64,000 nucleotides of DNA from Eledone cirrhosa (Eukaryota). The stretch covers positions 261,330,001-261,394,000 of the forward strand of contig OZ024743.1 in NCBI GenBank assembly GCA_964016885.1, given 5' to 3'. This document shows positions 37,091 to 48,818 of this stretch, in pieces. The notes beneath the pieces were generated by a model. It had not been told where the DNA came from. It did no database searches and was given only the letters and a program-made list of their open reading frames with translations. The translations under genes and the position numbers were made by a program. Each line of letters starts with the position of its first letter. Position 1 is the first letter of the stretch.

Positions 37091-37465
37091 TATGGCCTGG
37101 ATGACAAGGATAAGAATATATGTGTATATGTATGTATATGTATGTGTGTGCGTGTGTGTACAAAAGACATTGTACATTTTCTGTCTACCTAAATAGCTAA
37201 TAAAACATTACCTGACCCAAGGCTACACTAAGAGGGATAAAAAGTATGATTGTGTGATTGCAAAATAAACTTTTTAGCCACACAGTCATGCCTACATTAA
37301 GATATATAGAAATTTTATCTCAACCCACAATTTTTCCTCTAGGTGTCAATCTATAGAACTTGAAGCTAAATATTAACTGCATTGATCTCATCAAATATGT
37401 TTTAACTCATTTGATACCACATCGCCTGAAACTGCCCTTGGTTCTCTGATACAAAGGTGTTTGTT

Positions 37466-37690
37466 TTAACCCTTTAGCATTTAAACCGGCTATATCCACC
37501 CAGAATTCTCTCACCTCTTTCAGTTTAAACTGGCTGTAACTGGCCACTCATACTGATGTTAAAGTATTGTTCTCAAAATAAATAATATCAAAATCTCATA
37601 GATTCGATATTATGTGAGAATTATGTGAGGTAAAGCCTTTACCATGAAAATACAACAGTAAATATAGAGTAATGCAAATGCTAGTGTTAC
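37466..37690 (+). mobile_element. piggyBac-like MITE (TTAA CCC... terminus)
   Basis: ttaaccctttagcattt ... aaatgctag; aligns end to end with 56857-57075. Confidence 0.7.
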
Positions 37691-38059
37691 AGTGTTTATA
37701 TTTGCAAAAAAACTTCCATCATAAATCGATTTAAGAACATTTGTTACTTTATGTTACAAATACCAGTTTAATAATGAGAAAGTTAGTTATATTACTAAAT
37801 TTCTCCAAGTTCTTAATTATTTTTTAAATGATTTGAAAATCATAGGCAGTGTTTTTCATTAGAAATACAGTAATGAAAGAGTGAAACATACCTCTTCATT
37901 TTCATATTTTCCTGGTCCTACAGCAGGAAACCCCATGGGCTGCAAATGTTTGATCAAAAACATATCGGAACGAAGCAAAAATGGATACAAGTCTCTATTT
38001 CTAAAACTTTCAAACGCAACATTGCCTGAGGATTGAGCTATAATAATAATAATAATAAT

Positions 38060-38158
38060 AACAATAATAATAATAATAACAATAATAATAATAATAATAA
38101 TAATTGTTTCTACTTTAGGCACAAGGCCAGCAATTACCCAGTGCATTACTGGTACTTT
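38060..38158 (-). mobile_element. SINE 3' fragment with long (ATT)n tail and TSD
   Basis: attgagcta(taa)n duplicated at 38032 and 38159. Confidence 0.8.
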
Positions 38159-38169
38159 ATTGAGCTATA

Positions 38170-39295
38170 ATAATAATAATAATAATAATGCTTTCTTTAT
38201 TAACCACAAGGGTTTACACAAAGTAAGATATTAAGGACAGTACAGGACAATACAGGATGGTACAAATGGGCATTTCTGCGTGTAAAAAAAAACAAAAACA
38301 GAGGATGTAACAAAAAAGGAACAATGAAAAATTCCCCAATAGGGGGGAGACTTCCGAGGGCCATCGTGGAGAAAGCCCATTAAAAAAAAGCCACGGTGAC
38401 CCTGACCACCAGGGCTACTGCCCTCTCCCAGTTTTCCACCTTCAATTTACAGGCATATACTCAGAGTAGGTCCATTCACTCGGGCCATTCTTGCCTCTCT
38501 CACCCATCTTCAACAAAATGCCGGGAAAGAGAGCACTTCCCTCTCTACCCTGATTTTCCTTTTCAAATGAAATTTGAAAAAGTCAATCAGGGCATCACCG
38601 AAGAGGTAAGTGCTCGTCTTCAGCCCTTTCAAACGTGTCCACCATACTATCTCTTTCGCCATGGCCACCAGACAGATAAAAACTGCTTGCCCTTCCCTGC
38701 TAAAGGAAGAGGGCGGGGCAATCCTCACGATGGACTCAGCTGATAGCCGGATCCATTCTACACGCGACAGCAGGTGTTCGACATAAACCCACAAGTCACC
38801 AATGCTCGGACACTGGACAAGTGCGTGCAGGACGGTTTCATCGCCCTGTGCGCATCTCGGACATGCCCGGCTGACGGCACTTCCATGCCTGTAGAGTTTA
38901 TCCCGAACTGGCAAAGCTTCTCAGTAGCACTGCCAGGCCAGGGATTTCTGGAAATTGTCCATAGGCCCCAGCCCGAAAGTTCTTCCGAAGAGATTGGCTA
39001 GTTGATTTTCATCGACGCCTAGAGTTTCCCCAAGTGCGTCGTCGCTCTTCTTCTCCACTAATCCTCTATAGAACGCCAAGGTGGAGTTTCCACCGATCAC
39101 ATTGCCCGACTGGTTGAGGGCTGTGAGTGCCTGAAAACATTCTAGTCTCCAAGCGCTCCCTCTCGGTCTTCGCTTGACCCAGGACTGCAGCTCCGTCAAG
39201 GAGACAAGCTGGGGAAAGATGCGTCTAGCAAACGGCGACCACACCTGATCACCATCGAGGAAGAGGTGGAGATGTCGTAGCCTGAGCGCGTGTCT
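38170..39295 (-). mobile_element. 5'-truncated Tx1 LINE
   Basis: zf-RVT region (CPRC...ETVLHALVQC), RRHALRLRHL-type motif, tail at (ATT)n. Confidence 0.9.
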
Positions 39296-42200
39296 TAATA
39301 ATAATAATGGTTTCTTTATTGACCACAAGAGCTAACATGAAGAAAAACATTACAGACAGCACAGAATGGCACAGGACAATACAAAGTGGGTTTTGGCCAT
39401 GTAAAAAAGGTTATAACAAGATAGAAATAAAAAAAAAAAATAAACAAAATTTAAAAAAATTAAAACAACTAAAATTCCCCCAAAAGGGGGAAACCTCGGG
39501 GGGGGGGGGGGGGGGGGGGGGTCACTCGTGGCGAAAACCACACAAAAGACCACAGCCACCCTGACCACCAGGGCAAGCACCCTCTCTCAGTTTTCCCACT
39601 CCTCAGTCTACAGGCGCATATTCAGAGCGGGCCCGTTCACTCGGACCAGACTCGCCACTTTACCCACCTTTCAACAAACTTACTAGAAGACAGCACTTGC
39701 CTCTCCACCTTGATTTTGCTCTTCAAGTGAAACTTGAAAAAGTTAATCAGGGATTGGCCAGAGAGGAAAGTGTCCGTCTTCAACCCTTTCAACCTTGTCC
39801 ACCACACAATCTCTTTCGCCTTGGCCACCAGGCAGATGAAAACTGCCTGCCCTTCCTCTTTAAAGGAGAATGGCGGGGCTAGCTGCATAATGGACTCAAT
39901 CGATAACCGGATCTGTCCTACATGCGACAGCAGCTGTTCGACATAGCTCTACAAGTCAGCAACCCTCGGGCACTGAAGGAGTTTATGCAGGATGGTTTCA
40001 TCGCCCTGCATGCATCTTGGACAGGCTTGGCTGACAGCACCTCCATGCCTGTAGAGCTTATCCGGAACCGGCAATGCTCCCCGGTAGGCTCCAGGCTGAA
40101 AGTTCTCTTGAAGAGAGTGAACAGTTGATCGTCTTTGATGCCCAGGGTCGAGAACGTCGTCGCTCTTCCACTCCACTGGCCCTCTATAGAACGCCGAGGT
40201 GGATGTTCCACCGATATCAGTGCCCAGCTGGTAGAGGGCAGTGAGCGCTTGGAGACATTCCAACTTCCAAGCGCTATCACTCGGTCTTTTTCTGATCCAA
40301 GATTGTAGCTCCATCAAGGCAACAAGCTGGAGTAAGCGTGTCTGGCAAACGGTGACCTCACTTGTTCACCATCGAGGAAGCACCAGAGATGTCACAGCCT
40401 CAGCGCATGTTTGCACATCATCAGCCACGGCATGCCCAGTCCTCCACGCAATGGGTGCTGACAGCAGATTGATTGGCTGACAGCAGATTGATTGTCTGAT
40501 CGTCCCTTCCATAAAAAGCAGAAGAGAAGGTGCTCCATTTTGGTCAGAGTTGGGCAGGTCAAGGTACGACGGACGTGATGTACGCATTCGCCACCTCCGC
40601 CCGACCTTTCAGAGACAGCCTCCTCTCGGCCCATTTCTGGGTGAGAGAGGCCACCCTGCTCATCACCTCGCTCCAGATTTTCTCCATCTGGAGGTCCGGA
40701 CCGAACCAGACCCCGAGCAATTTAACAGGTCCTTCTGTCTAGTGCCCCACGATGCTGTCGGACGGCATGGACTTGTTTCACCAGGTCCCGAGTTACAAGC
40801 CCACCGATTTTTCTTGGTTTATCTTTGCTCCTGTCACTGCTTCGTATTCCTTGAGAGCGATGCTGAACATCTGGACGTGTTTGGTGGTCGACACCACCAC
40901 GGTGACGTCGTCGGCGTAAGCTGACACAGATCTCCCATATCCCAGTTCGTGTGGGACGCCCCTCATTGTCTCCAATTTGTGCAGTACCTGCTCGAGGGCC
41001 AATACATATAAGAGGGACGAGAGGGGACAACCCTGGCGGACCGAGCACTTGATGTGAACGGCTGCGACAAGTGACCATTCACCCTCACAATCGAGCAGAT
41101 GTTGCTGTGCATCGCAGCGATCCAGCCCCTAAAAACGGGCCTGAACCCATCCACCTCGAGGAGCTTGGCCAGGTACCGATGGTCGACCCTATCAAATGCT
41201 TTAGATTGATCAAAGTTGATCAGGGCCCCACCTGTGCCAGGTTCTTTAACCACCCTCTCTATGATCTATCGCATGAGATGAAGGTTGTCGTGGATGGATC
41301 TGTCCGGAATGGCACATGTCTGTGCCTCTCCCACCAGATCATCGACGATCTCTTTGCCAACACCTTGGCCAAAATCTTAAACTCTGTGTTTAGCAGAGTT
41401 ATGGGCCTGAAGCAATAGCCAGTTGCAATAGACATCTGCCGAACAAGTCCGAACGGGCTCTTGTCTATGGAGTCTATCTAAGTCAACTTCACATATCACA
41501 AATTTGTGGTCCGTGTACTTGACTACTTTAAATTGTTGACAACCTACACTAGCCTTATCTGTTTCTCTACAGAATACCCTATCTAAATACAATCTGGATG
41601 ACCCGATGCGGTTTGTCCATGTCCACATTGGCACATTCGGATAATCCAGTCTATACCTATCAGACAGTTCAAAACGTCTGAGCAGATTGTTGAGGTTTTT
41701 ACACCCTCCTCCCCTGTCTACTAACCCCATATAATCCCAGTGTGCATCTAAGATACTGTTCCAGTCGCCCACTAACACTAAAGAGCGGGACGTTCCAAGA
41801 AAGGTCTCTAGACGTCTGAAGAAATCTGGCTGTCCTGCCCCTGTTGAGGCATAGACGGCTACTAGCCTGAAAGTATTTCCTTCGCTGCAATTTTTGTCCC
41901 GCAGTAAAACGGGACTAATGTTATGTCATCATAGGGTCCTGAGTGAGTGCGATTTTGCTTCCTGGGTAGTAGCAAAAAGGACGTCCATGGTAGCATATTT
42001 CTTGCCTCGGGTGATGTGGGTTTTCCGTATCCATACAGTTCCCAAGGCCTTCTGGATTTGGGCCTCCGAGGCTCTCTCCCCACGGTATGACACTGTGCGT
42101 CACTCTTGTTCCTCCAGGAAGTCGGTTGGTGGACACTGAAAATTCATTTCTGGTTACCATGTGTCTTGCGAGCGCCATCTCCTTCTCTGTGACCAGGACT

Positions 42201-42875
42201 GTTTCTATGTTGCGAGGCACCTTAGCAAAAGAGATGGTTCTTTATCAGTGGCATCATTGTTACCGCCGCTACTGCTGCTACTGGCCTTGTTGTTTGTGCT
42301 GTTGCTGTTGCTACTGCTACAAATGGTGTTGTTGCTGTTATCACTGTTGCAGTTGGTTGTGTCTTTGGTGCCACCATTGTTGTTGTTCGCAGTGCAATTT
42401 GTATTGTTGCTATTTGTTTTAATGTTAGTGTTGTTAATATTGTTGTTGCATTTATTGTCATTTTTGTTGTTGTCTGTATTTTGGTTCTCACTGTTACTAT
42501 TGTGGTTGGTGTGGTCATTTTTTCAAAATTAGTGTTCTCTGTTGTCATTGCTATTTTTGTTCACGTTGTTTGTGGTGGTGTTTATTGTATCAATTTCTGT
42601 GTTCGCCGTAACCCTCCTCTCAACTTTTATGTCGTTGTCGTACGACAGCAGACATATCGCTGGGGGGGGGGGGGGGGCGTGGCTCAGCCATGTTTTTTTC
42701 TCAATAAATTTTTAAATGTAAAAAGTTCAAATATTTGGACCAAAAGGTCCAAATATTATACTTTCCCATTCACAGGGCAAAGTCCCTTACACAACAATAA
42801 AAATTTAACAATAAATAATTATGACAGGTAAATAAAGAAACTTACGAAGAGCGAGCAAAAAGACGTCCGATCAGA
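39296..42875 (-). mobile_element. Internally deleted Tx1 LINE
   Basis: ORF1 remnant (RNIETVLVTE), APE (LVGDWN), RT (DQSKAFDRV, YADD), zf-RVT; large deletions. Confidence 0.9.
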
Positions 42876-42876
42876 C

Positions 42877-43110
42877 TAATAATAATAATAATAATAATAA
42901 TTTCTAGTATAGGCACAAGGCCAGCAATTTTGGGGGAGGGGAAAGTCAATTAAATCGACCCCAATGCGTGACTGGTTCTTTATTTTATCAACCCTGTAAG
43001 GATGAAAGGCAAAGTTAACCTCGGTAGGATTTGAACTCAGATCATAAAGGGCCGTAACACTATGCTGCAAAGCATGGCGTCCGACCCTCTACCGATACTG
43101 CTAATCCACC
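42877..43110 (-). mobile_element. Full (ATT)n-tailed tRNA SINE
   Basis: Same family as 45471-45658. Confidence 0.88.
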
Positions 43111-43632
43111 ATGGAGCTTTACACCCTGAAACAATTATTAATAGACTATACATGAAGAGAAAAAATAGTGGCAGAGACGTCATTAGTGTGCATCATTGTA
43201 TAAGGAGTGAAAGGAGAACACTTGCAGAATATTTGATAAACAGTGACGAATAGTTTAACCAAAGAGCAGAAGAGAAAAGAAAAGAAGATTTTCTAGGAAA
43301 TGAGAATGCATGGTCAGTTTGAGAGAAATACACAGGATATCAAAGATAAAACAACATTGTTGACATGGCTTAAGCAATTTGAAACGGGCCACTGAAAGCC
43401 TTATAGTTGCAGTGCAAGACCAAGCTTTTGCTACCAATTTGGTGAAATATAACATCTACAAAACTTCTGACACCCAGAAATACAGGCTCTGTGGAAAATG
43501 TGGCCCACTTGGTAATTGGATGTGAAAGCCTTGCACAAAAAGAATACAAGTGCCGCCATGATACATTGGCTTCTGTTTTGTAAATACCATTATGAAGTCA
43601 TAGAGAATTGGTATGAGCATGTGCCTTGTAAA
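43105..43632 (+). mobile_element. R4/Dong-clade LINE fragment (RT C-terminus to CCHC)
   Basis: HHGALHP...RLYMKRKNSGR, MHGQF, TESLIVAVQDQA, RLCG...HLVIGC..LAQKEYKCRHD. Confidence 0.75.
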
Positions 43633-44290
43633 GTCCATTAGAATGTCTGTGCTGCATTGCGTGAACCAAAAAGCATACGCAGGAATTCAAACATTCCAAA
43701 GGTTGTTGTGACGGCAGTCTTCGGAATATCAGCGGGTTCCACAGGTATCTGATTATAAGGTCGCACAAGATCGATCTTCAAAAATATTCGAGCTTCGTGC
43801 AGCGAGCTAGAGAAGTCCTGCAGATGAGGCACTGGATACGAGTCAGGCACGGTGTAATTGTTCAGTGCACGGAAGTCACCACAGATTCGCCAGTCATTCG
43901 ACGACTTCTTGGGGACACAGTGTATGGGTGAGGACCAGTTGCTGCTGGACGGCGTACGATGCCGAGAATCAGCATGTGCTGAAATTCTCGTTTGACGGAC
44001 TTAAGACTGTCTAGTGGTAGCCTTCGAGGTCGTGCAGCGACAGGTGGGCTGTGTGTTTTTATGTGGTGGGTGACGTCGTGTTTTACAGGGCAGGCGTTGA
44101 ATACTGGTCGAGCTACGTCTGGGTATCCGTTGAGTATAGAGCTGCTCCGGGCTGTCGTTGTGAAATAACTGGAATGACTGTGGCTGTCCAAGCTGCTATG
44201 GGAACTTTCCAATAATGTGAGGTCCCAGAGGCGAGAAATCTCAGATTCGGTTTCGAATCTTCGCTGGTAAAACATAGGAGTATTCTGTTA
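43633..44290 (-). mobile_element. Gypsy LTR retrotransposon RT fragment
   Basis: [64 protein letters not shown]. Confidence 0.88.
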
Positions 44291-44730
44291 TGTATGTAAT
44301 AACTGTATATACCATTTGTAGACACAGAAACTGTATGTGTGTGTGAGCGTGTATGTAAGCGTGTGCGTGTGTGTACCTGTTTGTGTGCGCGGGCGTGCGA
44401 GAGTACGTATGTGCGTAGGTACGTATGTTCTTCCGGCTTACCAATAGAGAGTCGGTTTCTAACAAACATAGAAACAAGCCTCTTTCATTGGTCTTTAGAT
44501 GGATTGGTGAATAGATGTATGTATGTACATGTATGTGTGTGTGTGTGTGTACAAGTACGTACAAACATGTATGTACGTACGTCTGTATGTATGTAAACAA
44601 TATATTCGAATGTCATTTAAACAAAACCAGACCAGCCACATTAAATAGACAAGGGGAATGCAGCGAAGAAGAAAATATATTACGACAATAAAATATATAT
44701 TTGATATTGTACATAACATAACATATTTAG

Positions 44731-44895
44731 CGGCGATGTATCTGTTTTGAAAGGTTTTTGATATGAAATCATGTGTTGAAACAGATATTGTTATATTTGG
44801 GGAGGGTCATCTTGTCCTAAAATTGCCAGAAAAATTAGTAAAACCCACTCACTTTGGTTTTCTGGCAATATTAGGACAATACGACCCATATAACA
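44731..44895. mobile_element. Small fold-back copy of the 57772-58190 family
   Basis: atattgttatatttggggagggtcat...ttgccaga / tctggcaatattaggacaatacgaccc. Confidence 0.65.
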
Positions 44896-45114
44896 TATTT
44901 AATAACTACGAAAACAAAAATAGATTAGTTCCTGCGCCTAGACCTAAAACGAAGGATTGCCGAAAAATATATGATTGTTAGATTGTTTTACTTACATGTT
45001 GGTAAGAAGGGCCCAAGGTTTAAATGCAAGTTACTTGGCTCCATAATTATTTAAGGCTGTGATTGTTGAAGGATCGGTTGCTATGGTAATGTAAACTGTA
45101 AACAACAACAGAGA

Positions 45115-45955
45115 CGGCAGTAATGGTGGAGGTGGTGGTGTCAGTGGTGATAGTCCTCACGGAGGTATTGGTAATGGCAGTGGTGGTAGTAGAGTAGATG
45201 GTGGTGGTGGTGGTGGTGGAGTAGATAATGATAGTTGAAGTATTGGTAATGGCAGTGGTGGTGGAGTAGATGATGATAGTTGAGGTCTGAGTGGTGGTGG
45301 AGTAGATGATGATAGTTGAGGTGGTGGTGGTGGTAGTGGTGGAGTAGATGATAATAGTTGAGGTGTGAGTGGTGGTGGAGTAGATGATGATAGTTGAAGT
45401 ATTGGTAATGTGACGGTGGTGGTGGAGTAGATGATGATAGTTGAGGTGTGAGTGATGTGGAGTAGATAATTGTTTCTACTTTAGGCACGAGGCCAGCAAT
45501 TACCCAGTGCATTACTGGTACTTTATTTTATCGACCCCGTAAGGATGAAAGGCAAAGTCAACCTCGGCGGGATTTGAACTCAGATCGTAAAGGGACGTAA
45601 CTATGCTGGAAAGCATGGCGTCCGACTTTCCACCGATACTGCCAATCTACCGCCCTGGTGTGGAGTAGATAATAATAGTTGAAGTATTGGTAATGGCAGT
45701 GGTGGTGGTGGTGGAGTAGATGATGATAGTTGAGGTCTGAGTGGTGGTGGAGTAGATGATGGTAGTTGAGGTGGGAGTGGTGGTGGTGATGGTGGTGGAG
45801 TAGATGATGATAGTTGTGGTGGTGGTGGTGGAGTAGATGATGATAGTTGAGGTGTGAGTGGTGGTGGAGTAGATGATGATAGTTGAGGTGGAGTGGGGTG
45901 GTGGTGGAGTAGATGATAATAGTTGAGGCGTTGTTGTTGGTGGTGGTGGGGTGGA
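45115..45955. repeat. ~33-45 bp degenerate minisatellite (ggtggtggagtagatgatgatagttga)
   Basis: Direct reading; interrupted by a SINE. Confidence 0.9.
45471..45658 (-). mobile_element. Full-length tRNA-derived SINE with 15-bp TSD (central domain resembles the Meta/Sauria-type SINE core)
   Basis: A box tggcagtatcgg, B box gttcaaatcc. TSD tgtggagtagataat at 45456-45470 and 45659-45673. Confidence 0.92.
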
Positions 45956-46275
45956 ATATAATACATTTCGGAGTAAAACTGAAAGAAGATTGTTGCCTGT
46001 TGTTTGCCTTACACATGTCTCAACAGTAAAGAGATGAAAAATGTATCTATATTGACTCGAAGAATATACCTTTAACCCTTAATTTCATTAATTCCTCTAT
46101 CTTCGGAGACATGATAAAAATATTGGAAAAACCCTCAACTATCTCGTCGGTCTCTGACTTGCTTCTTTTTATATATCTGTGTGATTGTATATATATATAT
46201 AGTTATAATAATAAATGGGAAGACTAAAATCTAAAGAGGGCTCGATAAGGATAAATATATATCAAATATATAAGA

Positions 46276-46316
<41 letters not shown>

Positions 46317-46749
46317 GGCTTCACTAGCTTTGAGTCCACGTGTGTTTTGTTATTTCAATTCAACACGCTGTTCTCTTGCCTGCTATTAAATTCCCCTCTG
46401 GCATTTTAGCAGTGAGATTTAGTTAACGTGTTGAGCACTACTAAGGAACGATGCCAACCGTGACTAACCCCACTGAAAAGTTTCGTGAAATAGTCTTTTA
46501 AGACTATATAGTGCATTTGTAGATTTCCCCAAATTGAAGGTTATTTCGTTCTTGATTTTATTTTGAGTTAAGATTGTATGTTTTTTTTCCCCAGCTTACA
46601 TAAAATCTGAGGATAAAATTTTTCTTCTTGACTTGTTTTGAATTAGGATGAATTATTTATCCCATATCTTACGTTAAAAATGTTTCATTTATATGTCTGA
46701 ATTATTGCTTACATTAATTTCGGCTTTTTGCTTACATTAATTTCTCTAT

Positions 46750-46809
<60 letters not shown>

Positions 46810-46855
46810 AAATAAAATAAATAAGTCAAATGTTTAAAATTTGGCTTCGTTTATT

Positions 46856-46910
46856 ACTGCTATATATATTTCGGTGACAGCCATCTTTGGCTGTGACCTC
46901 TTCAGGCAGT
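46856..46910 (-). ncRNA. Canonical minimal type I hammerhead ribozyme
   Basis: Reverse complement actgc-CTGAAGA-ggt c acagcca aaga tggctgt c acc-GAAA-t atat a-TA-gcagt. Confidence 0.92.
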
Positions 46911-47952
46911 TCGAATTAGTGTGGTAGAGACGAGTACACATGTTGTTGAGGTGTTTAACTTTGTCAATACTCTGATATGCCCAGTTCCTGGTTGTTATTT
47001 CACTGAGGAACTGGAATCATATGAATTTAAACAAACGAATTTCAGCGTCAAAGGGCCTCTTCTCCTCTCATTGGTCAGTTGTTAGAACATTCCTCAGTCA
47101 AAAGTCTATAGAAATTCGTTCTGAGGCAAGCCAATCTGTAGTTGTTGTTCTTGTTATTGTTAGGTACATCTGACCTCTATTCTTATGTTGGTAGTGGTGT
47201 TGTTGTTGGAGTCAGCTAAAAAAACTGATAAAGTGGTAGAAGGAATAAGATGGTAAAGGAACAAAATAAAATAATCAAATAAAATGTGTGTGTGTGTTAT
47301 ACCCATCTCAATGTTATAAAGTCTGCCATGTATATGAAGAAATAGAAGGCAGCAAAATGAAGAAAACCGAAAATAAATAATAAATAGAGAATAAAAGAAA
47401 AATTAATGAAAAAGTAATGAAAAATGAAAATGAAAAATGAAAAAGGAAAAGTGAAAAATAAAAATGAAGATTCAAATAAAATAAGATAAAATATGTGTGT
47501 GCTATAACCAATCTCAAGGTCAGAAATATGTTGGATAAAGTGGTAGGAGGAACAAGATGGTAAAAGAATAAACCGAAATAGGATAATCAAATAAAATGTG
47601 TGTGTGTTATAACCAATCTCAACTTAAATATAAATATAAGGTGATAAAGTGAAGAAAACAGAAAACAAATAACAAATGAATAATGAGAAATCAAAAATGA
47701 AAAATCAAAAATCAAGTAAAGTAAAATGTGTGTTATAAAGATGTTGGCCAAATTATAAAGGCTGTGTCAGAATCATTCTCTAGGCTATCATGGTGTCTGC
47801 TCAGCCTGGGTTGGTCCCTATGGCTTGAGGGGAGTTCCCAACCTATGGTGTTGTTACTTCCCATATAGCTTGAGGGAGGTCTGGCCGAGAGGTGTCTACA
47901 TGTTCTGGAGAAGTCCCTATAGCTTTAGGGGAGTTCACATCTTATTGTGTTG

Positions 47953-48099
47953 CTACTGTCCATATATCTTGAGGAAGGTCCCGGCCCTGAGGTGTCTGCA
48001 TGTCCCGAAGAAGTCGGTTCTGAGGTTTATCAGGCTGCTTCCACCTCTTAGTATCTCGAGGTACTCGTTCAGACATAGTTTGCATATGCCAGTTACTTC
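47953..48099 (-). pseudogene. PLE GIY-YIG endonuclease extreme C-terminus; the last ~100 bp are duplicated at ~47815-47915
   Basis: EVTGICKLCLNEYLEILRGGSSLINLRTDFFGTCRHLRAGTFLKIYGQ*. Confidence 0.8.
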
Positions 48100-48545
48100 A
48101 CTTCAATGAATAAAGGAACAAAGAATAAGATTATTACAAATCATAAAAGTTGACAATGTTTTTGCTGTTATTTCGTTATGCTGAAATAGAGAGTGGCAAG
48201 ATATCGTTCGTTAGTAGTAGCGGCAAAGTAATAATCAAAGATCAGTGACAAGAGAAGATGAAAGTCTGTAAGACCCGGAGAAAGAGTAATAGTCTGTAGA
48301 CACTAAGGAGTCTGTAGAAAGCAAATGTTTTACATAGTGACTCTTTCAGGAACTGCTTCAAACTCCTCTTTTGCTTGGTCTAATACAGGCTATTTATATC
48401 TGTCGCTTCCTCTGTCCCCTGCCTCGAGAATCATCGGGGTGACCTTGAGAGATCGACCACGCATAGACTTTACGCCAAAATTGAGGTAACCCAGAATTTG
48501 ACCGTTAAATGTCACCCAGGGGTCAAGATGTGCACAGATTTCGCT

Positions 48546-48578
<33 letters not shown>

Positions 48579-48818
48579 AATATATATAACCAAATGAAAA
48601 AGATATATGTATATATATAGAGAGAGAAAGAGCCCTATATCGTATAAGAAACATGGTATATTGTATATATACCAAATGCATATTCTATAGAAGAATATGT
48701 ACACAGGTGTAATCATAAGCGAAACCTTATAGCGCTATTTCATACCTGGAGAGTGTAATTCAAATATTCTTCTATGGAATATGTATTTGGTATATATACA
48801 ACATACCGTGTTTCTTAT

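Noticed and set aside
46470-46513. CTGAAAA...GAAA tagtct/agacta TA possible hammerhead
   Set aside because: Stem III is good, but G8 is mutated, stem II is marginal and stem I is unpaired. It may be a decayed member but was not counted.
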